Shown: positions 9,406-16,645 of the stretch, one piece after another
How positions within the stretch are numbered: the first letter of the stretch is position 1
Layout of the letters: the number at the start of each line of letters is the position of its first letter
Assembly: GCA_965220965.1 (NCBI GenBank)
Contig: OZ244852.1
Span: forward strand, 1,565,254 to 1,629,253
Length of the DNA stretch: 64,000 nt
Direction: 5' to 3'
Source: Candidatus Marinacidobacterium sp.
Lineage (GTDB): Bacteria > Acidobacteriota > Vicinamibacteria > Marinacidobacterales > Marinacidobacteraceae
Notes under the pieces: model-generated
The model's input: only the letters and a program-made list of their open reading frames with translations
Told to the model about the DNA's origin: nothing
Database searches by the model: none
Made by a program: the position numbers and the translations under genes

Positions 9406-11103
9406 ATGGCAAGAGGACGCAGGCGACGCGGGTCCCGGAGGCCGGCCAGGACGGCCGCGCACCGACCCGCGATCGATTTCGCGCGGAGACTCGGATACCG
9501 GTTCCGCCGGCTAGAGGGGCTCGAAGAGGCGCTGACCCACGGCTCCTACCGCAACGGCGGCGACGGCGGCGACTACGAACGACTGGAGTTCCTGGGCGAC
9601 GCCGCCCTTGGAATGGTCGTCACCGAGGCGATGCACTTCCAGAAACCGACGTGGTCGGGGCAGCGGCGCCAGGAGACGAAGGGCGAGGTCGTCAGCAACC
9701 AGTCGCTCGCCGGCGCGGCGCGCGCGCTGGGGCTGGACAAGGGGATCCGCGTCGGCCCCGGCGTCTCGGCCGGAGTCGCGGTGCGATCCTCGGAACGCGT
9801 CCTCGCGAACGTGTTCGAGGCGGTGCTGGGAGCGGCCTACCTCGACGGCGGGCTGGCGGCGGCCCGCGGCATCGTGGGGTCGGCGTTCGACCGCAAGCTG
9901 CGCACGCTCCGGCTCACGCCTCCCCGGGCCGGAGGAGGGCCGCTCGGGGGCGCCGGGCGGCTCGTCCGCGCGGCGTGCGCGGTCGTCGTCCGGCTGGCCC
10001 GGCGGGTCCTGTTTCTCCGCATTCCCTCGGAGCGCGCGCTCCGGCGCACGTTCGCTCGCCCGTCGCTGCTGAGGGCGGCGCTGGACACCGGCGCCGAACC
10101 CGACAGCGCCTCCCGTCGCCGCGGGCGGCGCGGCCGGCGCGGAGGTCGGGGCGGCCGCCGCGGGCCGGGACATCGCCGCGCGGGCGGCGCCGAGGGCGCC
10201 GGGCGGCAGGCGCTCCGGTTCCTCGGCCGGGACGTGATGCATCTGATCACCGCCGAAGAGCTTCACCGCTCCTTCCCGGAGTGGGACGAAGGGCGGATGA
10301 CGCTCGCGCGGATGCGGCTCCAGGAGCGGGAGTTCACCGGCCGGCTCGCCGAGCACTGGACGCTCGGTTCCGGGGACGCCGCGGCTGGCGACGCCGAGGC
10401 GCTGCTGGGCGCGCTCTACCTCGACGGCCAGCTCGGCGCCGCGCGGCGATCGCTCGCCGGGCCCTTCCGGGAGGCTTTCGACGACCTCGCGGAGCCCGGG
10501 CTGGAACTGCTCGACCCGAAGACGCTGCTCCAGAACCGGCTCGCCAAGGACGGCAAGGAGGCGCCCCGCTACGACCGCGGGCACTCATCCGGCAAGGGGG
10601 ACGGCCAGGTGGTCGTGGCTGTGCGGCTCCAGGGGGGCGTGGTGGAGACCGGGCGGGGCCGCGGCCTCAAGCAGGCGCAGAAGGACGCGGCCCAGCGCGC
10701 CTTCGACCGGATCTACGGCGACAAGGGCGAGGAACCGGCGCGCGAAGCGAAGGCCCACGGCGGCAGGGGCCCCTCCCGGCGCGACGGCGCCCGGAGCCAG
10801 CGAGGCTCGCAGTCCGGGCGGAAGGCGGCGCCCTCGCCGCCGGCGCGCGAGCAGCCTGAAGAGACAATCCGGACCGACCCGAAGGAAAACCCCAAGGGGG
10901 CGCTCCAGGAGATCCTGGTGAAGCGGCATGGCCGCCTCCCCGTCTACCGGGTGATCTCGGAGAGCGGGCCGGAGCACGACAAGACCTACGTCGTCGAAGT
11001 GCTTTCCGGACGCCAGGCGCTGGGACGAGGCAGCGGCGGCAGCAAGCGAAAGGCGGAAGCGGAGGCCGCGGCGAAAGCGTTAGCCGCCGGAACCGTCGAC
11101 TGA
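9406..11103 (+). CDS. RNase III-family protein with duplicated ribonuclease III domain (second copy degenerate) and two dsRNA-binding domains
   Basis: ATG 9406 lies 2 nt after the SpoIIE stop.
- Domain 1 (aa ~22-160): LTHGSY, ERLEFLGDAALG, LANVFEAVLGAAYLDGG.
- Domain 2 (aa ~208-357): LRRTFARPSLLRAALDTG, an RG-rich insert, QALRFLGRDV, FPEWDEGRMTLARMRL, GDAEALLGALYLDG.
- dsRBD1 (aa ~368-437): DPKTLLQN...GRGRGLKQAQKDAAQRAF.
- dsRBD2 (aa ~494-560): NPKGALQE...GPEHDKTYVVEV...GGSKRKAEAEAAAKALA. Confidence 0.85.
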   Translation: MARGRRRRGSRRPARTAAHRPAIDFARRLGYRFRRLEGLEEALTHGSYRNGGDGGDYERLEFLGDAALGMVVTEAMHFQKPTWSGQRRQETKGEVVSNQSLAGAARALGLDKGIRVGPGVSAGVAVRSSERVLANVFEAVLGAAYLDGGLAAARGIVGSAFDRKLRTLRLTPPRAGGGPLGGAGRLVRAACAVVVRLARRVLFLRIPSERALRRTFARPSLLRAALDTGAEPDSASRRRGRRGRRGGRGGRRGPGHRRAGGAEGAGRQALRFLGRDVMHLITAEELHRSFPEWDEGRMTLARMRLQEREFTGRLAEHWTLGSGDAAAGDAEALLGALYLDGQLGAARRSLAGPFREAFDDLAEPGLELLDPKTLLQNRLAKDGKEAPRYDRGHSSGKGDGQVVVAVRLQGGVVETGRGRGLKQAQKDAAQRAFDRIYGDKGEEPAREAKAHGGRGPSRRDGARSQRGSQSGRKAAPSPPAREQPEETIRTDPKENPKGALQEILVKRHGRLPVYRVISESGPEHDKTYVVEVLSGRQALGRGSGGSKRKAEAEAAAKALAAGTVD

Positions 11104-11233
11104 TAGGAGGGCCCTTCCCGCCCCTATACTCCGGGCGCGGGGCGCGGGGGACGGATGGGGCGCCGCCGGAAACCCCCCGGAGGCGCCGTCCGCCAGCGAG
11201 GGGAACCCTGACAGCCTGTCGATAGGAGAACCA

Positions 11234-12472
11234 GTGGCCGAGCGCCTGAATTTCGACCTGAACGAAGAGCACCGCGCGACCGAGTCGCTGGTGCGCGAAT
11301 TCGCGGCCCGGGAAGTGGCCCCCCACATCCGGGACAACGACGCCTCGAAGACCTTCGACCGGAACATCCTCCGCGGCATGGCCGAGCTCGGGATCCTCGG
11401 GCTCTCGGTCCCGGAGCGCTGGGGCGGCGCCGGTCTGGACTACATCTCGCTCGGGATCGCCTGCGAGGAACTCGAGTACGTGGACACCTCGCTCCGCGTG
11501 ATCATGTCGGTCCACGCCGGCCTCAACTCGCTGTCGATCCTCGCCTGGGGAAACGAGGAACAGAAGGAGCGCTTTCTGCGGCCGCAGGCGGAGGGGCGCG
11601 CCATCGCCACCTACGGCCTCACCGAGCCGGACGCCGGAAGCGACGCGGTGGGGATCCGGTCCGCCGCCCGCCGGGACGGAGACGACTACATCCTGTCCGG
11701 CGAAAAACACTGGATTTCCCTCGCCGAGATCGCCGACAACTTCCTGGTGATCGCCTGGACCGACCAGGAGAAGCGGGCGAAGCGGGACCATTCCGGGCTC
11801 TCGGCGTTCCTGGTGGAGCGCTCCCGGGAGGGCTTCGAGTCCGGGAACATGACCCACAAGTGGGGGATCCGCGCCGGGAACACCGGCTGGTTCCGCATGA
11901 ACGACGTCCGCGTCCCGGCGGCCAACCGGCTGGGCGAGGAGGGCGAGGGTTTCCGGATCGCCATGTTCGCGCTCGACCAGGGCCGCTACACGGTGGCGGC
12001 GGGGGCCACCGGGCTGATCCGGGCCTGCCGCGACCAGAGCGTGAAGTGGGCCCGCGAGCGCACGACCTTCGGCCAGGAGATCGGCCGCCACCAGTTGGTG
12101 AAGCAGATGATCGCCAACATGGAGCGGGACTACGAGGTCTCGCGGCTGCTCTGGCTCCGGTCCGGCGAGCTGAAGAACCGCGGGCGGCGGAACACCCGGG
12201 AGACCTCGCTGGCGAAGTGGGTCTCCACCGTCGCTTCGGAGCGGGCCGCGTCCGACGCGATCCAGATCCACGGCTCGTACGGCTACTCCGACGAGTACCC
12301 GGTGGGGCGGTTCTGGCGAAACTCCAAGGGAGCGGTGATCTACGAGGGGACGCGCGAGATCCACACCCTCATGCAGGCCGACTACGCGCTCGGCTATCGG
12401 CGCGACCGGCCGGTCCGCGCCGGGTTGCCTCCCTTCGCCGACGGATCGGGCGACTCGCCGGAGACAGCGTGA
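11234..12472 (+). CDS. acyl-CoA dehydrogenase
   Basis: GTG start preceded by AGGAGA. Motifs: GLTEPDAGSDA, GEKHWIS, FALDQGRYTVAAGA, IHGSYGYSDEYPVGRFWRNSKGAVIYEGTREIH (catalytic-Glu region). Confidence 0.9.
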   Translation: MAERLNFDLNEEHRATESLVREFAAREVAPHIRDNDASKTFDRNILRGMAELGILGLSVPERWGGAGLDYISLGIACEELEYVDTSLRVIMSVHAGLNSLSILAWGNEEQKERFLRPQAEGRAIATYGLTEPDAGSDAVGIRSAARRDGDDYILSGEKHWISLAEIADNFLVIAWTDQEKRAKRDHSGLSAFLVERSREGFESGNMTHKWGIRAGNTGWFRMNDVRVPAANRLGEEGEGFRIAMFALDQGRYTVAAGATGLIRACRDQSVKWARERTTFGQEIGRHQLVKQMIANMERDYEVSRLLWLRSGELKNRGRRNTRETSLAKWVSTVASERAASDAIQIHGSYGYSDEYPVGRFWRNSKGAVIYEGTREIHTLMQADYALGYRRDRPVRAGLPPFADGSGDSPETA

Positions 12473-13464
12473 CGCCGTCCGCCGGAGCGGCGGCCCTCGA
12501 GAGCCTGACGCCGCACCTCGTCCGGACCGTCGAGGAGGCGGCGATCGCCTGCGCCCGCACGATCGGCCAGGGCGACCGGCGGCACTCGGACGCGGTTGCG
12601 GTCGCGGCGATGCGGGGGGTGCTGGACACCATCCCCGTCCGCGGGCGGGTGGTCATCGGGGAAGGCGAACGCGACAAGGCGCCGATGCTCTGGACCGGTG
12701 AGGAGTTCGGCGCGGGCGACGCCGGGACGTTCGCACTCGATATCGCGGTGGATCCGCTCGAGGGCACGAACCTCTGCGCCACCGGCGGCCCCGGAGCGAT
12801 CGCGGTGCTGGCCGGCGCCCCGCGCGGCGGGCTGCTCACCGCCCCGGACGTCTACATGGACAAGATCGCGGTCGGACCGGCCGCCCGCGACCTGCTGGGA
12901 GATGCCGTCCGGCTGGATCGCCCTCCGGAGGAGAACTTCCGGGCCATCGCCGAAGCGGAGGGCATCGGGATCGAGGACCTGACGGTCGTGATCCTGGACC
13001 GGTCGCGGCACGAGGAGCTGATCGCCGGCGCCCGGCGGGCGGGAGCGCGGGTGCGCCTCATCGGGGACGGCGACCTCTCGGCGGCGGTGCTCGCCGCCAC
13101 TCCCGGCTCCGGAATCCACGCCGCGGTGGGAGCGGGAGGCGCTCCCGAGGGGGTGATCGCGGCGGCCGCGCTCCGCTGCCTGGGGGGCGGCATGATCGGG
13201 CGCCTCGTGGTGCGCGACGAGACGGACCGGCGCCGGATCGAGGAGGTCGCGGCGGGCCCGGGAGCGTCGGCGGATCCGTTCCGGACGATGACGGCGGAAG
13301 AACTGGCGTCAGGCGACTCGCTCCGCTTCTGCGCCGCCGGGGTGACCGACGGGCCGCTGGCGTCCGGGGTGCGCTTCACGGCGGATGCGGTGGAGACCTC
13401 CACCCTCGTCCTCGGCAACGACCCGCCGGAGATCACCCGGACGGTGCGTCAGCGGCGCGCCTGA
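12469..13464 (+). CDS. glpX: class II fructose-1,6-bisphosphatase
   Basis: GTG 12469 overlaps the ACAD stop (GTGA). Motifs: IGEGERDKAPML, LDIAVDPLEGTNL, VYMDKIAVGP, VVILDRSRHEELI, RLIGDGDLSAA, GGAPEGVIAAAALRCLGG are all GlpX-like. Confidence 0.9.
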   Translation: MTPSAGAAALESLTPHLVRTVEEAAIACARTIGQGDRRHSDAVAVAAMRGVLDTIPVRGRVVIGEGERDKAPMLWTGEEFGAGDAGTFALDIAVDPLEGTNLCATGGPGAIAVLAGAPRGGLLTAPDVYMDKIAVGPAARDLLGDAVRLDRPPEENFRAIAEAEGIGIEDLTVVILDRSRHEELIAGARRAGARVRLIGDGDLSAAVLAATPGSGIHAAVGAGGAPEGVIAAAALRCLGGGMIGRLVVRDETDRRRIEEVAAGPGASADPFRTMTAEELASGDSLRFCAAGVTDGPLASGVRFTADAVETSTLVLGNDPPEITRTVRQRRA

Positions 13465-13482
13465 CGGCGCGTCGGGGACGCG

Positions 13483-13511
13483 TTGAAGCTTCGCAGCCGG
13501 TCCGGTACTCT
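13483..13511 (+). promoter_or_regulatory. sigma70-like promoter candidate (TTGAAG-N17-TACTCT) upstream of the UPF0158-like gene
   Basis: TTGAAG at 13483..13488, a 17-nt spacer, TACTCT at 13506..13511, inside the glpX/13584 intergenic region. Pattern match only. Confidence 0.35.
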
Positions 13512-13583
13512 CCCCCATCCGTCGTCGGCGGGTCTGCCCCCAGGAGGACCCCGCCCGCCGCAGCCATCGTTCATCGCCAACCC

Positions 13584-14003
13584 GTGGAGCACGATCCATC
13601 CCTGCTGGAGGCGCTGGTCGCCGCCTTCTTTGACGACGGTCCCGAGCGCACCTACTACTACGACCGGGACACCCAGCGGATGGTGAGCGTGGCGGAAGAC
13701 CACGAAGACCCGTCCACGCAGGAGATCGTCTGGCAGCTCGAGTCCGACACCCGAGGCCGGTTCGCGCCGGTCCCGAAGCCGCGGCTCGAGGAGACGCTCG
13801 AGGAGCAGGACGCCTTCGTCGAGTCGCTTCCGGCGGGGCCGATGAAGAAGCGGCTGGAGGCGCTTCTCGAGGACGACCCCGACGGCAGCAAGCTGGCGCA
13901 GCTCGTGACGCGCGACCGGGAGGTGCGCCCGGCGTGGCGCCAGTTCCGTTCGGAGCGGGCGCGGGTCCAGGCGGAAAAGTTCCTGGCTCGACTCGAGGTC
14001 TAG
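13584..14003 (+). CDS. small acidic hypothetical protein (UPF0158-like)
   Basis: 139-aa ORF with protein-like, non-Arg/Pro-biased composition (MEHDPSLLEALVAAFFDDGPERTYYYDRDTQRMVSV...EVRPAWRQFRSERARVQAEKFLARLEV). GTG start. The family assignment is from memory and tentative. Confidence 0.6.
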   Translation: MEHDPSLLEALVAAFFDDGPERTYYYDRDTQRMVSVAEDHEDPSTQEIVWQLESDTRGRFAPVPKPRLEETLEEQDAFVESLPAGPMKKRLEALLEDDPDGSKLAQLVTRDREVRPAWRQFRSERARVQAEKFLARLEV

Positions 14004-14095
14004 GACCAGACCCGGAGCAAAGTCGAACCGTTGCGCGGGAGCGGCCGCGCGGCGTCATCGGAGCGCGGGGCGGTCCCGCCACGGGGCGCGCCTGG

Positions 14096-14110
14096 TGGCA
14101 TATGGTTTGC
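14096..14110 (+). promoter_or_regulatory. sigma54 (RpoN) -24/-12 promoter candidate
   Basis: TGGCAT-ATGGT-TTGC at 14096..14110 matches TGGCAC-N5-TTGC, with GG and GC correctly spaced. It lies ~65 nt upstream of ATG 14175 in an AT-richer island. Confidence 0.5.
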
Positions 14111-14174
14111 GTCAGGAATCCGTGTGCGTGGACGTCCGGCGGCGTCCGCCCGCACAGCCACCCGGAGGGTTCTC

Positions 14175-16310
14175 ATGAAAAAGGCAGCGACTCGGAATCC
14201 CGCGAGCGGAAGGCGAATCCGCAGCGTCGGCGGCGCCGTCGCCCTCGCGTTCCTCGCGGCGGCCGCAACCGCCTCCGCCCAGACGGCGGACATCACCCCG
14301 GTCGACGGCCGCTCGTACATTTACGGGAACCTCACCTACGTCGAGGGAGACGTGTGGCACCAGCGCGCTGACGACTTCGGCGCGAACGAGGCCGAGCGCA
14401 ACAGCCCGTTCCTCCCCGGAGACCGGATCTGGACCCGGGAGGAAGGACAGGTCGAGTTCCGCCTCGCGGGCGGCGTGCTGGTCTGGATGGACGCCGGGAC
14501 GAAGCTCGACTACGTGGAAGCGGACAACCCGCACCGCCTCGGCTTCTGGACCGGCAGCCTCGCCCTGCTCGTTCCGGAGGATGTCTCCATCGTGATCGAG
14601 ACCCCGGGCGGGACGCTGACGCCGCAGGGCGCCGGTGAGTTCCGGACCGACCTGCTGTCCGACGCGCGGACCGTCCAGTTCCAGGTCTACGAAGGCATCG
14701 CCACCGTGGCCACCGAATGGGGCTCGGTGCTCGTCGGCGCCGGACAGCGCACCCTCGCCTCCGAAGGGGCCGCGCCGGCGCCCGCGGAGAAGTTCCTCGC
14801 GAATGACACCTTCCTCGGGTGGACCGAGGAACGGCGGGAGCGGATCCTGCTGGCGTCGGAAGCGCCCCTGGACGAGCTGCCCGAAGAGGTCCACGACCAC
14901 ATCCATGACCTCGATGGCCACGGACGCTGGCGCCACGACCCCCATTTGGGGTGGCAGTGGTTCCCGTTCGTGTCCGCCGGCTGGGCCCCCTACCGGCTGG
15001 GCCGCTGGGCCTACACGCCGTTCGGCTACACCTGGATCTCCCACGATCCCTGGGGCTGGGCGCCGTTCCACTACGGGAGCTGGGGGCACGGTCCGTACGG
15101 CTGGTACTGGATGCCGGGCTCGGTGTGGGGCCCGGGCTGGGTGTCCTGGGCCTACGGGCCGAACTGGGTGAGCTGGGGTCCGCTGAACTACTACGGCAGG
15201 CCGGTCTACGGCTTCCACGGCGCCTTCTACGACGAGCGCTACTACTACAGCGACTACTACGGCAACGCGAGCGGATTCCGGGGACTACGGCGCGGGCAGA
15301 TCCTGGGCAAGGCGGTTCCCCGCGGCGACCGGGTGACCCGGCGCGGCTGGAGCGCGACGACCCGGGCGTCCATCGGAACCCCGGCTTCGGCGCGGCGGCT
15401 CGCCATGTCCCGCCTGCAGGACGTGGACAAGGCGCGGGTCCTTTCCCGGGGAGCGACGCTGGATCGGGGGTTCCGGCTTCGGGCCGACGGCGCGACCGGG
15501 ATGCTCCGCTCCGCGCGGGCGACCAACCGTCGCCTCTCCAACGCGCCGGTCCAGACCGCGACCGGGGAGGCCGTTCGCCGCACGAACCTCACCCAGCGGA
15601 TCGCCCAGCCCGCGCCGGCGGCGCGGGCCCGGTCCGGAAGCGTCGCGGTCGCTCCCGGCGCTTCCCGGTCCGCCGTGGGCGCGGCGCGGGTCCGGGGCGC
15701 TGAGGCCACGGCCGCCGGCGCAGGCTCCAGCACCGGCGCGCGCGCCACCGCCGCCGGCCGCGTGGCCCGTCCGGCGGCCGCCAGCCGGGGAACCGCGACC
15801 TCCCGGAGCGGCGCCTCCCGCGCCAGCCGGCCGCCGAGGCCCAGAGCCTCCGGATCCGCATCCGGCGGCGCCCGCCGCCCGTCCGCGGTGCGTCCCTCCG
15901 GCGCCTCCCGGGGCAGCGCCAGCCGGCCATCGGCGACCTCCCGCGGCCGGCCAAGCGCCTCCGCCCCCTCCCGGAGCGGCGCCCGCCCCTCCTCCGGCGC
16001 CGCCTCCCGCGGCCGGCCCTCGAGCGGCGCCCGGAGCCGGCCGAGCGCCACCTCGAGAAGCCGACCCAGCGCCTCGTCGAGGAGCCGGCCGAGCGGCTCC
16101 ATCCGGGGCCGCCCCTCCGCAACGCCTCGTTCCAGTGGAGCGGCGGCCAGCCGGTCCACCGGCGGCTGGTCCTCCCGGGGCTCCTCCGCGGGGGCGTCCT
16201 CCTCCGGGAGCTCCGGCGGGTCCCGGAGCGCCGCTTCCTCCTCCGGCGGCGGCGGCTCGCGAGGCTCCTCCTCGGGCGGATCCGCCCGGCGGCGACCGAA
16301 CAACTTCTGA
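14175..16310 (+). CDS. secreted FecR-domain / Trp-Gly-repeat (DUF6600-like) protein with long Ser/Arg/Gly-rich tail
   Basis: ATG 14175 preceded by GGAGGG. Signal peptide (VGGAVALAFLAAAATASAQ). FecR-like beta region (RIWTREEGQVEFRLAGGVLVWMDAGTKLDYVE). Aromatic repeat block GWQWFPFVSAGWAPYRLGRWAYTPFGYTWISHDPWGWAPFHYGSWGHGPYGWYWMPGSVWGPGWVSW. Then ~200 aa of S/R/A/G/P low complexity. Confidence 0.8.
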   Translation: MKKAATRNPASGRRIRSVGGAVALAFLAAAATASAQTADITPVDGRSYIYGNLTYVEGDVWHQRADDFGANEAERNSPFLPGDRIWTREEGQVEFRLAGGVLVWMDAGTKLDYVEADNPHRLGFWTGSLALLVPEDVSIVIETPGGTLTPQGAGEFRTDLLSDARTVQFQVYEGIATVATEWGSVLVGAGQRTLASEGAAPAPAEKFLANDTFLGWTEERRERILLASEAPLDELPEEVHDHIHDLDGHGRWRHDPHLGWQWFPFVSAGWAPYRLGRWAYTPFGYTWISHDPWGWAPFHYGSWGHGPYGWYWMPGSVWGPGWVSWAYGPNWVSWGPLNYYGRPVYGFHGAFYDERYYYSDYYGNASGFRGLRRGQILGKAVPRGDRVTRRGWSATTRASIGTPASARRLAMSRLQDVDKARVLSRGATLDRGFRLRADGATGMLRSARATNRRLSNAPVQTATGEAVRRTNLTQRIAQPAPAARARSGSVAVAPGASRSAVGAARVRGAEATAAGAGSSTGARATAAGRVARPAAASRGTATSRSGASRASRPPRPRASGSASGGARRPSAVRPSGASRGSASRPSATSRGRPSASAPSRSGARPSSGAASRGRPSSGARSRPSATSRSRPSASSRSRPSGSIRGRPSATPRSSGAAASRSTGGWSSRGSSAGASSSGSSGGSRSAASSSGGGGSRGSSSGGSARRRPNNF
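15700..16307 (+). repeat. degenerate coding repeats (SR/PSA-rich low-complexity tail)
   Basis: Protein tail [73 protein letters not shown]. At nucleotide level cctcccgcggccggcc recurs ~63 nt apart (about 15939 and 16003). Confidence 0.6.
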
Positions 16311-16349
16311 TCGGCTTCCGGGGCCCTTCGCGGGCCTCGGAAGAACGAC

Positions 16350-16382
16350 ACGTCACCGCGCACCGAAGGTGCGCGGTGACGT
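16350..16382 (+). terminator. perfect 15-bp GC-rich hairpin downstream of the 14175..16310 gene (terminator-like)
   Basis: acgtcaccgcgcacc-gaa-ggtgcgcggtgacgt, followed by tctgtgtc. It is flanked by further hairpins at 16315..16343 (12 bp) and 16415..16445 (14 bp). Confidence 0.55.
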
Positions 16383-16522
16383 TCTGTGTCGGATGTCGGG
16401 CGGGGACTCTCTGTGGAGTCCGCCGCCCTCCGGGCGGCGGACTCCATGTCTTCCGGCGGCCGGAACCTCGCCTCGGACAGTCCATCGGCGCTCTTCGGCG
16501 GCCGACCCGAAATCCTATGGAA

Positions 16523-16538
16523 CCACTAGGGGTTGTGG
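16523..16538. promoter_or_regulatory. NrdR box 1 candidate
   Basis: CCACTAGGGGTTGTGG: CCAC-N8-GTGG, 16 bp, compared with the NrdR-box consensus acaCwAtATaTwGtgt. Confidence 0.5.
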
Positions 16539-16554
16539 TGCGGTAGGCTCGGGA

Positions 16555-16570
16555 CCACTACATCTTGTGG
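16555..16570. promoter_or_regulatory. NrdR box 2 candidate
   Basis: CCACTACATCTTGTGG matches the NrdR consensus at most informative positions. It starts 32 bp after box 1 (about three helical turns, the usual tandem spacing) and lies directly upstream of the nrdJ promoter. Confidence 0.6.
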
Positions 16571-16578
16571 GTTGAGGC

Positions 16579-16607
16579 TTGACATCGCGGGTTCCGCTTG
16601 CGATATT
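16579..16607 (+). promoter_or_regulatory. sigma70-type promoter of nrdJ (TTGACA-N17-GATATT)
   Basis: TTGACA 16579..16584, exactly 17 nt of spacer, GATATT 16602..16607. A GGAGGA Shine-Dalgarno at 16634..16639 sits before ATG 16646. Confidence 0.6.
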
Positions 16608-16645
16608 CGTCCCCCCCTTTTTTGTTGCACCCTGGAGGACAGGCC

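Noticed and set aside
13483-13686. 67-aa ORF (MKLRSRSGTLPHPSS...) overlapping the start of the UPF0158-like gene. Many other 60-150-aa ORFs in the track were considered too.
   Set aside because: They are Pro/Ser/Arg-rich, lack RBS support, and overlap better-supported genes.
15700-16307. Repetitive tract considered as a CRISPR-like or minisatellite array. The 12-bp repeats at 27157..27204 and the RG/RD-coding repeats at 19559..19690 were considered in the same way.
   Set aside because: All are in-frame, degenerate, contiguous coding repeats without unique spacers or flanking cas genes. They encode low-complexity protein tails.
16311-16645. Cobalamin riboswitch upstream of the B12-dependent RNR.
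   Set aside because: No B12-box (GCCACTG-type) or surrounding conserved core is present. The ccact-containing elements are better explained as two 16-bp NrdR palindromes with 32-bp phasing, located upstream of the promoter (DNA sites, not leader RNA).
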